A stretch of 64,000 nucleotides of DNA from the NCBI GenBank assembly GCA_973895155.1, contig OZ316899.1, positions 5,025,241 to 5,089,240 of the forward strand, given 5' to 3'. The position numbers and the translations under genes are program-made. Shown in pieces: positions 49,630-63,200 of this stretch. The stretch is from Marsupella aquatica. Taxonomy: Eukaryota; Plantae; Marchantiophyta. The notes beneath the pieces were generated by a model that was given only the letters and a program-made list of their open reading frames with translations, ran no database searches and had not been told where the DNA came from. How positions within the stretch are numbered: position 1 is the first letter of the stretch; each line of letters opens with the position of its first letter.

Positions 49630-50350
49630 TGGGTGAACCAGAGGCACGACCAGGAGAGAGGGGAGGAACCAGACTAGGTCAATAGTCGCGCATCCATTAC
49701 AAAGCATTTCATGGAAGAGGAGATGAGCATCCTGATGAATGGTTGGATGATTTTGAAGGGACCGCTGCAGCAAATGGGGAGTCGGCCATTAGGATGCAGA
49801 TCCTTCCCGGGTTGTTCAAAGGTGAGGCAAGACCAGGTGAGGCAAGACCGTGGTATAGAGCACTAGACGCTGAGGAGCAAGGCAATTGGGAACTCTTCAA
49901 ATCATTGTTTGTCAAGGAATTCCAACCCATTGGAACCTCAGAACTGGCTATACTAAAGTTATGACGACCTCGGTTCAAGGAGAACAAGTCCTTCTGGAAG
50001 TTCGTACAACGCTTCCAAAAGCTGGTAAGACAAACAAAGACCAATGCATTGGAAGGTATGCAATTTCAATGGTTAGTAAATGCGTTACCATAGAAGATGA
50101 GCTTTGCAATTAGGAAGGAGAACCCAGAGACCTTACCCGATGTCGTTAGAGATATCCATTTATATATTAATGCAGATATCACCAACCGGAAGAAACAGTT
50201 CAAATCAGGAAGCTCATCATCTGATGAAGGATCGACCAAGAAGAAGAAGAAGAAAAAAAATTCCAAGAAGTTGAGAAGTGACAACTCAAGCTTGGATAGT
50301 GAAAGTAGCAAGAGTGAGTCATCTTCTAGCTCTGAGGAAGAAAAATTAGG
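49630..50350 (+). pseudogene. Retrotransposon gag fragment
   Basis: FHGRGDEHPDEWLDDFE...ARPWYRAL...NWELFKSLFVKEF, followed by a K/S-rich tail; frameshifted. Confidence 0.75.
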
Positions 50351-52546
50351 GAAGTTTAAATTTTATTATACCCTAACTATGATTGGGTATACTAATTATA
50401 GTTAGAATCCATGGTTAACTCCAACCAGAGTTATCATATGTATATATTCTCTCCTTGGAATAGAAGATCATACCATTGTTGGTGTATTTGGTTTGTAACA
50501 CGTTATCAGCACGAGAGTGCTCTTAATTTTTTTTTAAGGGGTCGTTCAATGTCAAGGCAGTTATACTTGGCAGTTATGCAAATTTGTCAACATTTGGGCA
50601 ACGTATGCAGGCTTTTTCTTTAGTAAAACATTGTATCCTTAGGGAATGATAACAGGGATGATTCACAAAATAGATTTCATAACATACATCAGTTTGATAC
50701 ACATTAAGAACCACTCCTCAAACATCCATTCGAAAAACAATTAGACATTCTTGATACCAGAATGACATCGAACTCCATTGAAAAACTTTGTCCAGCTTTG
50801 CAAATTGATGGCAAGAGTTACAATGATTGGTATATAGATGTGGAGGGTATACTAACGATGTTAGGAAAAAAGAGAAATTTTACTCTTATTAGGAAAAAAA
50901 CTCCCGATATAAGGAAAATTTGTGCAATTTTTGGGATAAATTGTCCTCATATGTTCACTTTGCAGCATTGTGTTTAAGCCAGGATAACAAGAATATATCC
51001 TTGCTAGCAATATTAACATATACTACTGTCGAATGATTTAGTGTATCAATTACCGGGCACACTCTCATATTTGGTATGTTTTGTAGGGAGACTTATCGTT
51101 AGCGAAGATTGCCAACAATATTAGACCCCAACATTGATCACTCCAAAAACTTTACACATTAAGCACTCATGGACAATAAAAAGATTCAAAGATAAAAAAA
51201 CCTTTCATAATAAGCCGGATATAATTCTCGGCTAGGCATGAAAATCAAATTTTCATGCAATACAACTTTTCCCTACGTCTTCAAAATATACCTCACCTCT
51301 TACAAGCTAAGGGCTGGTTGGCTGACATAAATTTCTTCTCAAACACTAACATTAAAGCGATAACAAAAAACCCAATATAAATGTTTGCACGGAACATATG
51401 AAAGACCTCGTGTATGGCGATTGAAGAAATCGTCACAGGAGCATGATGGAAAACAACAAACTTGGACCCAATATCTTTTTGGTATCCTTCCATTTGTCTT
51501 GTGTGTTGCAACAAACAATTGTTTTACCCAACCATTTCCCAACTCGATGATGTTCTCTGTCAATACTCGCATGTGCTCCTCCTCTGACGATTTGATGCGT
51601 TTCAAATGCTCTGACGAAAGAGTGACCCTCATGCGAATTGACTTCCCATTTTGACTTGAAAATTGATGCAACGGGTCATTCAAGTTTACCATCTCACAAA
51701 ATGTACTGTGACATTAATTTGTAACTCCAGAGGTGAAGGGGCACTCACCGATGGGGAGACATTTGTCACATGTTCTCTTCTAGAGGGATTAGTTTGCATG
51801 CCTAAATCCAAGGAAAACCCTTTCTCAGTGAGGAATGTAATTTCCTCACTAGCAAGACTGGTCCCTAGCATAACAGGCAAAACATCAAGAATTGGTGGTA
51901 AGGAAACAATGGAACGTCGTGGCTTTCCTCAAAAACAAACATTATTCGGACAAAACCAAGTAACTCGAGGTACGTTTGATCCAAAAATCCTGTGTGCAGC
52001 AAAAACCGCAATAGCCACGCAGCCCCTTGGGTCCGGAAATGATACTTTTTCACAGAATTTTGACATTCCTCTCGAGTTGCAGACCTACCAAGAAACCCAC
52101 AGCACTTTGGGCCGACCCCTTTGGAAGACATTCTACCTAGATACCAACTCCCTTGGGGAACTCTTACTTCATGGCATGTCAACGGAGCACTTGACTTGGC
52201 AACGGGCGGTGGGACTACAGGTGTAGGGGAAGGAGTAGGAGTTGAACGAGTAGCGACGCGTCTAGGCGGAGTCCGAAGGACCTCAAACGATTCACTCTCA
52301 GACAAATTGACAACCTCTGGTATCAAAACTCCCTCGGGCCGATCCATTGATGTTGGCGGCCCTCTTGTATAATTAGGACTAAACTCAGTAGAGTTTAGAT
52401 TTTGTCTCCTTGACACAATCTTAGCAGGGGATGTAAGAAGAACCGTGTCATGTCGATGAGAGTCCTGGACAGAGATTTTGTCACCTGCAATTCCCTTCCT
52501 CTTTGTTGATTTTGTTTGCAAATCACCATTTAATGGCCCAGCCCGT

Positions 52547-53378
52547 TGTCGTGCCGAAAGATTTCGGCTCAGGAATGGCTTTTATAGGGGATGATGGGCT
52601 AGGCCTCCCGGTTGGGTTGCGTGCATGCTGACTCGGAGGGGCTGCTTGGTTGGATGGATTGAGGTTTGGTGATTGGGTGACTCATCGTCACCAGGTTTGG
52701 TGTTTGGGTGAGTCACCAGGCTTGGAGTTTGGACGGGCCTCGTTGATGGCAGCTGGCTCAGGTTGGATGGTTGGGTTTCCAATGCTACTTAAGACTTGAG
52801 CCTTGGCTCATTGAGGTTGGCGGTTGTCTATTGAGATCTGTTGAGTTGCGTTCTGTGAGTTCTGCTCCGTCTTGCAGAACTCGACTGTTGTGCGGCGGTT
52901 TTGGAGTTCTGGGCAAGTGTTGGATCCAGGTGTGGAGTTTTCGATCCAGGTGAGGATTTCTCAAGTTTGGAGTCTCGTCGATCCAGACGGGGATTTCTCA
53001 AGTTTGGAGTCTCGTCGATCCAGGCGAGGATTTCTCGAGTTTGGAGCCTCGTTGGTCCAGGCCCGAGTTTCGTGTGAGCTGTTTTAGAATAGTGGAGTAG
53101 CTAGTTGAGTTTTGGTTTTGTGAGCTAAGGAGGATAGTTTTTCCGTCAGATTTTGAGTAGTTAGTCACTCGAGGAGTTCTACTCGATAAGTTAGAGGTAG
53201 CGGCCCACCGTAGGGCCAGCTACTAGACTCTTGCGGGCAAGCTTACTCGAGGGCACCTATTGTAACCTTTGTGAGAAAAGTAAAAAATATAAAGGAGTGA
53301 CAGTTTGTCGCGTGTCCCAATTGCAGCCAGAAATGCACAGTTTTCCCGAGGAGCCCCTAACTTTAAGTCCTCGCGACA
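52547..53378. mobile_element. Solo LTR, 832 bp
   Basis: TGTCGTG...CGCGACA termini. Removing it plus a 4-bp duplication (CCGT/TTGT, two C>T changes) restores FDLLRAGPLNGD, matching FDLERSVPLNGD of copy 1. Confidence 0.8.
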
Positions 53379-55397
53379 TTGTAGAAGATCAAACTTCCCA
53401 TTAGCTTCCATCAAATAATTGGTTGCTTTCTCATGAGCGGAAGCAGAACCAACCATATCTGCATGGCAAAATGCAAGCTCAAAAATTGTAGGCCCTGTAA
53501 GTGGTGGACCTTGCCACCCAGCGCCCTCACCAATCCCAGCACTTGCGCCTAAGTGCCCTTGGTGCCCGAACACCTCCACGGAATACGCAAGCATCCACGT
53601 GCCTCTAGCACCACCCACGGCCACTCCCATACGAATCCGCACTTGCTCACCTACACGACCGCTACTCAACGGTCCTCACTGTCTGCATAAGCAACCAAGC
53701 ACCTCGGTAAGTAACCCCACCGGATCTAGAACTTGCCAAGTCTAGCATCCTAACTCAAGCTCAACAGACGTTGGTAAATAGGTCAGCGATACGTCCTCCT
53801 GATGCCATAAGCCGGAACCAGAACCCACGCCCACTATTTGTCCAGGACAGCTCCTTCCTTGGGCGTGGCCCGGGTTCCCCCTCGTACCTATCCATCACCA
53901 ACTGACCGCCCTGACCTCAGAACATGCTCATGGCCCAAACATCATAGCTTGTCCTAAAGCTTGTCTCAACACGTCGGGACCAGAATGGCCCCGACTCTAA
54001 CAACCGTTCCCGGTTTGCCCCACTGATGCTCTAGGGACCAAGCGCCCTTGGGACTCATCCTCCATGCCTACTTGGCCTTGCCTCCCCAACGCAAGCTCCC
54101 TTGCGAGGCTGAACGCGACTTGGCTGCTGTTCGGCAGGATTTGGCAAACGGGCGAGCTAACACCCGCCAACCATGAGAACCCATAGCACCCTGATACCCA
54201 GCTGATCTCAGGAGGGCGTAGCCATCCTCAAGAGCTTTCCAATGCACCTAAGAACCGTTGGGAAGATATCGCCATTTCCGTTTGGGGGTTTCCCTTAGTG
54301 TCGCGACCGCCGCGGCTCACGACTTCGGCTCGCCCTTAGCCCCCAGGGAGACACCACTCCCCTCATATATGCTTCTGGAGACCTGACACCCCCGGACTAG
54401 CTTTGATCCCTAAACATTTGGCCCCCAACCCGGATCCCATCGCGCATAATCGGCGCGCCACCAACTGGCAACACCCATAACTTTCTTGATAGGCATCCGC
54501 AAGCGGAGTGCCTTAGCCCGTTGTGACCGGGCCGACCCAGTGCTCATGCCTAGGCCCTCAGGTCTGATCGCCACTCGGGGCCCCCGACCGGCCCAACCTG
54601 GCTCCGGCCACAACTTGCGCCCCAAGCGTCCCTGCCAATGACGTCAACTCCATTGGCCTTGGGCCCAAGAGGAGCTCACTCCCAAGCCCTCAGAACTCAA
54701 AGCCCATCCGACGGTCCGGACGGCCATCCTTGAGCCCGGCCCATTTCCCCTTGACCCGACCAGCCATAGGCTAGTCCAAGTCCTTAGTTTGTGTCCCCAA
54801 CTTGGCCCCTTGCCTCGCCAGTGCCACGTCTCATTGCCCACAAGTCTCCCCATGCTAAGTCCTTCCCAGATGGCCTATCCGGGCCTGGACCATCAGGGAG
54901 CTCGGCGTCAGAGTCAGCGACGCCGGAGCTAAGTGTTAAGGTAGTCGAGTTCTGCGACTTGCACCCCCCCTTAAAAATGGTCACGTCCGCGTGACCTAAG
55001 TAAACGTTCCAACACGCCTAGACCACTTTGGGCCTTAAATTTTTTATGAGGTAACAAATGGTTTGCCCATAAGGCTGATGCAAACCAGGTTGGTATGCGC
55101 ATTCCAAACTTAGGAAATTCCAACCTATCCCACTTATCCAAGTAGGATGCAGGTCCAAACGGGTAAGCTAACTCCAAACTCGTCAAACCCATTGTTCTCC
55201 CCTTGGGGCGTTCCCCTTTTGTTGGAACTAGCCCGCCCACAGATGTAGGGCGGGCACCATCAACTTCCACTCGCAAAAAGCAAATCGGCCGCCCAACAAC
55301 CTCTAGCCCCAACGCAATCCGACTTTATCCTTAAGAGGCCGAGAGGAATGAAACTAGGATACAACTCACAAAGGTAGCTACAGCTGCCTGTACCATT

Positions 55398-58300
55398 TCA
55401 CAACGGTGGTGGGCCGCTTTGCTTACGATAGCTTCCAAGGATCTCTGAGGCATTACCCAAATTTTCTTCCGATTCCCAAGTACTCTCGGCCTGGTCGTAG
55501 CCAGCCCACTTCACCAAATACTCTAAGGTTTGCCTTCCCAACTTGCGTTTGTAACGGTGGTCCAGAATTGCCTCCACCTCAAACTCCTCAGCGTCTTCCA
55601 CCAGCATGGCGTCCGGACGCAAGACCTGATCCCAGTTGGGATCATCATCTTTGACAAACTTCTTGAGCCGGCTAACATGGTAGCTTTTACCCACGCCCAT
55701 TTCCTTGGGTGTCTCCAACACCACCAAAACTGGATTATCCTTGTGGGCCCATCGTATGATGCGATAGGGCCCCGCATATCTGGGACCCTGCTTCCTACTT
55801 ATGTTCCCGTGGTATTGCTCAGGTCTCAACTGCAACCAGACGCTCTTCCCAACTTCAAAGCTTACCTGGCGTCGATGTTTATCCCCTTGCTCCTTGTACC
55901 GACTTTGGGCAAGGGTCATACCCTTGGTAGCCACTTCCACAACTAGGCGCCGCTCTCGAATAAAATCGTCTGTAGAAGGAACCTTGCTTTCTGTCCGCCA
56001 AGCTTTCGGATTTATGAACCAGGAGGGCGCCCTTGGCGTCCTCCCTGTGGCCAACACAAACGGCGCAAACTCCATCGCCGAATGCTTGGTCGAGTTATAC
56101 CTAAACTCGGGCATTGTTAAATGCTTCGCCCAATCCTTCTGATTGGCTGTCACAAAGTGACACAAGTCGTCCTCCACAATACCATTAACCCGTTCTGTTT
56201 GGCCATCTATCTCATGATGATACGCTGATCCCCTGGTCAAGTCCGTTCCGGATAACCGGAACAACGCCTTCCAGAAATGGCCTGTGAACTTGGTATCGCG
56301 ATCTGACAGGATATGCAACGGCAATCCCCATTGTCGGAAGACATTGTCAAATACTAGACCGGCAACCTCTCGGGCCGAAACCATCTTCGTAGTAGGCAAG
56401 AAATACGCCATCTTGGAAAAACGATCCACGATTGTTAAGATGGAGTTACTGTCGTGGGACTCAGGTAATCCAACAATGAAGTCCATGGAGATCGACTCCC
56501 ATGGAGCCGCAGCTACTGGTAAGGGTTGCAGTAGTCCTCCTTTTGCCCTATAGACCGTTCGGTTCTTTTGGCACGAGTAACAACTTTGCACATGTTGAAG
56601 GACCGATCGCTTCATGTCCGGCCAATACACATCTCGCGACATGCCGCGATACGTAGCGGCTTGTCCTTCGTGCCCTCCCCAGGGCAAGTCATGGTACTTT
56701 TGCAGAACCTCTAACCTTAGAGACTCTGGTATGTACACACGCCTCTGCTTGTATCGCCATAACTGGACATTATGCATCGTATCCAACCCCAACGATACGT
56801 GCCTTACCTTGCCCCGGCTACCCCCATTGCTTTGCCAATCCTTAGCTAACCTGTCATCCCCATACGCCGCAGCCAAAACCTTTGGCCACTCGGATTTGAG
56901 CATCGTGATCCCATTGACACGATGTTGGTCCTTACGCGATAACGCGTCCGCTGCCGTATTTGTCTTCCCTGGAACGTCGCGGACTTCGAAATCAAAATCC
57001 GCCAAGAACATTTGCCAGCGCATTTCCTTGGGGTTCAGCCTTGGCTTAGAACTGAAGTACCCGGCCGACGAGCTATCTATGTGGATCACCACTTTGGGAC
57101 CGTTCTTAAGGTAAATCTCCCACTTCTTTAACGCGTAGATCACATCATACATTTCCCTTTCCGGCGTGATCCAATGATTTTCCAACTTACATGACTCGAA
57201 GGCCACAGGATGCCCATCTTGGTGAAGACAGGCACTGATGGCATAATCACTTGTGTCTGTCCAAATCTCGAACGGCTTCCCCATCTCAAGTAACTTTAGA
57301 ACCGACGGCGTTATCATTAACCGCTTAAGTTCTAGGAATGCTAACTCGCAATCCTGTGTCCACACAAACACTTTGTTTTTCAACGTTAGCACATTGAGGG
57401 GCCTCGCGATCCTTGCATAGTCTTTCATGTATCTCCGATAGAACCGCGTAAATCCTAAGAAGGCTCTAACTTGCCTTACGTTGGACGGGCGCTCCCATTC
57501 TTTGATCTCCTTAAGCTTGTCCTGACTAGGCGTAATCCCTTCCGGGGTAAAGGTATGGCCAAGGAACTGATCTCGTTCATCCCAAACTTGCACTTGCTAG
57601 GTTTAGCAAAGAGACGAGCCTTATGAAGGCGAGAGAACACTTCTCTGAGCAACTGCTCATGCTCCTCCAATATTTTCAAGTAGATTAGGATGTCGTCAAT
57701 AAAGACGACCACTCCTTGGTCCAACAAGTCATGAAAGATGGTATTCATCATCTTCATGAACGTTGCGGTTGCATTACACAACCCGAACGACATAACCAAA
57801 AACTCATAGGATCTTAACCTTGTGCGCATCGCGGTCTTATACTCGTCTCCCTTAGCCATGCGGATCTGGTAATACCCAGACCGCAAGTCCACCTTTGAAA
57901 ACTTCTTAGCCCCGGAGAGGCAATCGAAGAGGTCATCCATATGAGGAAATGGGTACTTGTTCTTTACCGTCTGCTTATTGAGGGCCCGGTAATCTGCGCA
58001 CAATCTCAAAGTACCATCCTTTTTGGACACAAACAGTGCGGGCGCCCCGTAAGGACTCTTACTAGGGCAAATGAACCCTTGGTCGATCAACTCTTCCAAG
58101 GCGTTCTTCAACATCATTCTCTCATTTAGGTTCAGACGGTAAGGAGCTTTAGCCCGAGGAGCCGATCCCGGCTCCAACTCAACTTGGTGATCCACTTCTC
58201 TCCGCGGGGGTAAACCTTTAGGTAGCTTCTGCAAGAGCACGTCATTGAATTCCTCTAAAATTTCAGGAATTCGACCGCAGTCGGGCCCGACCTTAGCTGA

Positions 58301-60280
58301 CTTAATCTTTGGCTGCGACGCAGCCTCCTTAGTTGGGTGGAGATGAAAGAAGAAACATTCATGTCCACCCTTGAAGTCTTTCCACCATTGCTTCGCCGAT
58401 ACACACGGAGACATCCATGACACTTTACTTACTTTAAGAAATCTTTCTTTATTTTTGGTAATTTTGTGTACAACAATGGGCTCACCGCCCTTATTGGGAA
58501 AATGGAGCACCTCACCCCCCGGTTTCAAGGTAACATTGTGCTTTCTGAGATAACCTACCGACAAAATGAAGTCTACGGCTAGACCGTCTAGAATGTAGAA
58601 CATCTCCTGACTAACAAAATTTTGTTGTTCACCTATGACCGCTACCCGAAGTCTATGCACTACTCTCGACACTATCCCCTTCGTGTCGTTGGCAAACTTG
58701 CACACTAACGGTTGTAACAACTCTTGCACGTCCGCCCCAAGATGAGCTGCCGCCTGCCCACTTATGAAGCAGGCGGTCGCGCCTGTATCCACCAAGGCAA
58801 CACCCAGATTACCGTTAGAAGTGACATTCACAAAAATCAGTTTTTCAGGATCCATTGTCTTAACTTTAGGTATCTTCTCTCGCAACAACACCCTCTCACC
58901 GTCCGGGACATCCCCTACAGGGACCTTGTCAGCTACTAAGGGTTCGATTAGAGTGATACTTACCTTAATGCTCTTCTGCCCTCCACCATCTCCGTTTGGC
59001 TTGCCACCTTTCGTGGAACAATCCTTACTTTGATGGCCCATGGTGCCACATGTGAAGCACGAACCTTCAACCCGCCTTTGCTCCATGGTTGCCTGCTTCT
59101 TTGCTTTCTGTGCCGATGAGGCTCCTTTCTTAAAGTTGCCGGCCTTCCGGTTTCACTTGGCTTCTCCATTCTGGGGCTGGGGATCCGAACCACCGGCCCC
59201 CGCCCCCTCAGGTTGCTTTCGCTTATTCCCGGGACCTTTTGCTTTCCCAATTTCCCCCTTGGATCCCTTGCCACCCACCTTTGCCAAGTCCGGTTGGTTA
59301 TTCACCAACGTAGTGGCCTTGTCGAAGGCGTCAGAAAGCGTTTTGAACTCATGACGCTTTTCCTGCAACTTTTCTCTGAGCAATGGCGGGAGCTTCACGA
59401 TAAAGTTGTGAAGCTGTGTATGTAGGGTCTCTTGTCCCGCCGGGATACACGCCAACTGATTTCTGGTAATAAGTGATGAACTTTTGGATATCACCCTTGA
59501 AACTCATCTCCGTTACGCATTTATCAGTGATTTCACTAACTCTGGACATTCTTTTGTCCAATTTTTGATCATGAAATTTCCAACACCAATTATTCTTTTC
59601 CCTATAACTTGAGTTCTAGAGTACATTGTATGTTATGCATAGATTTATTAGGAGTAGCTTGTTAAGTTTCATATATCTTGATCAAAAAAATTCAAATATG
59701 ATATTGATAAGTTTCATATTTATCTACAATTTAGTTGATTTAAATTTCCAAAAAGTTGTTATGAAATTTCCAAATCGTTAATAATATTCCAGAATTAGTG
59801 TAACTATTGATATTTCTGAGCGTGCCGCTCCGGGTACTTAGTGGTGACATGAGCACGGAGACCCTCAACCAGGTTTTCCCAAGTTAACGGTAAGGAGGAG
59901 TCGTCTCGCGACTTCTTCCATGACTTGTACCAAGTCAAGGCATAGTCCTTCAGGTAAGGAGCGGCTGCGGTAGCCCAAGTGGAATGCTTAACACACGCTT
60001 GGAGATGAATCTCCATCGTGGAGAGCCAACTTAGGAACTTTTGTCCACTTTGCTCGTAGGCCCCGTCGTAAGTTGGAGGAGTCGGTAGTTGGTTCACTTG
60101 GAACATACTCCGTCCAACTACCATTCCCCCCTCAGGACGCGCCGCACTCTGACTACCCAGACTAAGTAAGTACTTAATCTGGGCCCCCTTGTTGTGTTCC
60201 AATTCCTCATAGATGAGTTGTTGGTCTTGAGTCAACGGACCCAGACCATCGTCAACGGCCGGGCCCTTACGGGTTGTAAA
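55398..60280 (-). pseudogene. Chromovirus gag-pol, frameshifted and interrupted by a MITE
   Basis: Gag YLKDYALTWY; CCHC CFTCGTMGHQSKDC; PR ALVDTGA; RT FSKVDLRSGYYQIR and FIDDILI; RH TDTSDYA and ADALSR; IN SMDFIVGLP, SDRD and GQTERVN; chromodomain FEVEAILDHR...YLVKWAGY...TWE. Confidence 0.95.
59524..59810. mobile_element. AT-rich MITE (Tc1/mariner-type by its TA target) inserted in gag
   Basis: Imperfect 23-bp TIR TCAGTGATTTCACTAACTCTGGA / TCCAGAATTAGTGTAACTATTGA; TA on both sides; removal restores the gag frame QKYKCVTEM. Confidence 0.85.
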
Positions 60281-63200
60281 ACATTGTAGGCCCTGTAAGT
60301 GGTGGACCTCGCCACCCAGCGCCCTCACCAATCCCAGCACTTGCGCCTAAGTGCCCTTGGTGCCCGAACACCTCCACGTAATACCTTGAGCAAGCATCCA
60401 CGTGCCTCTAGCACCACCCACGGCCACTCCCATACGAAGCCGCACTTGCTCACCTACACGACCGCTACTCAACGGTCCTCACTGTCTGCACAAGCAACCA
60501 AGCACCTTGGTAAGTAACCCCACCGGATCTAGAACTTGCCAAGTCTAGCATCCTAACTCAAGCTCAACAGACGTTGGTAAATAGGTCAGCGATAGGTCCT
60601 CCTGATGCTGTAAGCTGGAACCAGAACCCACGCCCATTGTCCGTCCAGGACAGCTCCTTCCTTGGGAGCGGCCCAGGTTCCCCCTCGTACCTATCCATCA
60701 CCAACTGACCGCCCTGACCTCAGGACATGCTCATGGCCCAAACAGCGTAGCTTGTTCTAAAGCTTGTCCCAAGCTTGTCTCAACACGCAGGGACCAGAAT
60801 GGCCTCGACTCTAACAACCGTTCGGGGCCCCAACCCGGATCCCATCGCGCATAATGGGCGCGCCACCAACTGGCAACGCCCATAACTTTCTTGATAGGCA
60901 TCCGCAAGCGGAATGCCTTAGCCCGTTGTGACTGGGCCGACCCAGTGCTCATGCCTAGGCCCTCAGGTCTGATCGCCGCTCGGGGCCCCCGACCGGCCCA
61001 ACCCGGCTCCGGCCACAACTTGCGCCCCAAGCGTCCGTTGCCAATGGCGTCAACTCCATTGGCCTTGGGCCCAAGAGGAGCTCACTCCCAAGCCCTCAGA
61101 ACTCAAAGCCCATCCGACGGTCCAGATGGCCATCCTTGAGCCTGGCCCATTTCCCCTTGACCCGACCAGCCATAGGCTAGTCGAAGTCCTTAGTTTGTGT
61201 CCCCAGCTTGGCCCCGTGGCGCGCCAATGCCACGTCTCATTGCCCACAAGTCTCCCCATGCTAGGTCCTTCCCAGATGGCCTATCCGGGCCTGGACCATA
61301 AGGGAGCTCGGCGTCGGAGTCAGCGACGCCGGAGCTAAGTGTTAAGGTAGTCGAGTTCCGCGACTCTGTACCTCTACTCACACCGGACTCAAATCCAATG
61401 TAGCAAGCAACTTGAAAGGCAACATGTTTGGAGTCAACTTTGCAAGCCTCCACTAGAGTCACTTTCTTTTTGGGTTGGGAAGCACGCATGGAAGCGTGGA
61501 CAGATTCCAAACCAGTGCAATTTGGCATTCTTGCAGACTCCAGAGCGTCCGTCGATTGAAACAAAACATATCAGCAAAATCAACGTAAGTAACGGATTCC
61601 ACCGATGTTAGCAAAGGTCACTTGCAATATTTTGATGAGAAGACCATGAAAAATTGAGCTGGTATGGTCTTAATCACCAAGAAATCCATCCTTGCAGATA
61701 GCGAAGTTTCCCTGGAATACAATTCCCGGATTGCCACCACTCCTTGATCTTTGAAGAAATTCTGTAAGCTTCAACGTACGTGGAGGCGTTCCTCAACGGT
61801 CCCATAAAGCATAATGCTCATCGTGATTTTTTTCCAAAATACCTTCACGGGTATGCCTCCGGAGTGATTGGAAGAAATGAAAAGCATCAGACCTTTCTTT
61901 TTCTGGATTAGGGAGACCCTGCCAGAATACATTCCGAACCGCATTCCACCCTGCGGTGACATTATCTGCCATGAAACCATGGATGGTAATGTCGTGCAAA
62001 CCATTTTTGGATGCGACACTTACCATCAACCTCCAAGCCGTAGACAATGACTCACAACATTCAGACTTCAACTCACAAGTAAATATTGTGCAGAGGGCAC
62101 GGATATTATGATCATAAACGTGCGCACTAAATGTCAGCCAGCCAGTAGTAATCCGATGCATAACATCAAAACTAACCCATGATCCTTCCAGAGAACCCCA
62201 TTTTCTCATTCTTTGAAGAATATCCAATCCAGAACCCGGACCTTTGATGCTCATCTTGAAAACATGAGCTCGATCAGTAATAGAGCCTTGACCGGGGAAG
62301 AGAAATCTTTGGATGTAAGGAAAATGAATGTTCCTTTGCATGTCCCGAATCGAGTCAAACTCCCTTTAATTTCAAGGGATTCTTCATTTTCACATTCTGC
62401 AAGATGGCTTGGAACTTCTCTTTGGACGCAAGAGCACTCAATGAGCTCCAAATATCCTAAATGTCCTGGACAGAAATCCCAGTGGCACTCTCCGGAGCCA
62501 AGTGTGACATCAATGACTCCATTGCATCAATTTTTAGTTGAGCTGGTGTGTCCAGGGGGTTCACTAAATGATGGTCTCGGATGACCGACTCTACAGCAAT
62601 CATGGCCTCCCTCAAAACAAAACTATTCGGTGGGTGGACGTGGTATCCGACATGCATTGCAAGCCTCGACATGAATCTCACATTTCCCTTATCCACCGAG
62701 GAAAGTGGTACATGTAAAACATTAAGGCGGGACACGTCTCCACACATATAGGCGGTTGGTCACAATGAAAACACACTATTCCTCCGAGAGAATCTGCTTC
62801 ACCAGTCTTGTGGACTCGGTCTCCTTTTGCCCTTCCAGCCCAGGACACTCGATTCCTTCCTTTGCCCTTTTCTAAGAATGCACACTTCCCATTTTGACAT
62901 TCAATGGACCCAGAGCATCAGACTTTTGCGAACTGATACAAATCTTTTGGAAAGACATTCGCAGAAGTTGGAATAATTCTAGTCCAACGATAGCAATCAT
63001 TCTCTCGATCCATGTATCTGAGCCCAAATCCTCTTTTAGTGGATGAATCAACTGGAGGAAGCTCAAAAATTGAGTCCCCATTGTAATCTTTGGGAAGACA
63101 TTGAACATGTTTGACATCCTCTCCCGACTCCAAGAACTTACGGACAAAGCGAGATATCTCACTGGAGCCTTTAACCCTCAATATCATGTCACACGCACTC

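Larger units (their letters stand above)
20219..50350 (+). mobile_element. Ty3/Gypsy relic (LTR, PBS and gag) split by CACTA insertions
   Basis: Putative LTR TGGC (20219)...GCCA (39110), interrupted at 20350-38726. Degenerate tRNA-Asp-type PBS TGGGCATCATTCCGGGG at 39113. Leader interrupted by the CACTA at 39475-49432; gag fragment follows at about 49630. Confidence 0.55.
53487..61370 (-). mobile_element. Near full-length Ty3/Gypsy chromovirus (group I chromodomain, Tcn1-like by inference)
   Basis: Two LTRs (about 53487-54963 and 60285-61370, the latter lacking ~400 bp); PPT AAGGGGGGG on minus at about 54964-54972; domain order gag-PR-RT-RH-IN-chromo. Confidence 0.95.

Noticed and set aside
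50373-50405. Near-perfect hairpin CTAACTATGATTGGGTATACTAATTATAGTTAG as a Helitron end or the terminus of MULE copy 2
   Set aside because: It is AT-rich, has no matching partner end or TSD in the window, and does not resemble copy 1's terminus.
53223-53669. 148-aa ORF spanning the LTR/transposase/solo-LTR junctions as a chimeric gene
   Set aside because: It is an accidental read-through across insertion junctions; only GPTIFELAF...FDLL is real transposase sequence.
55406-59425. Plus-strand ORFs antisense to gag-pol (similar ones lie antisense to TnpD and RGGA)
   Set aside because: These are shadow frames of the real coding strand, with no independent motifs.
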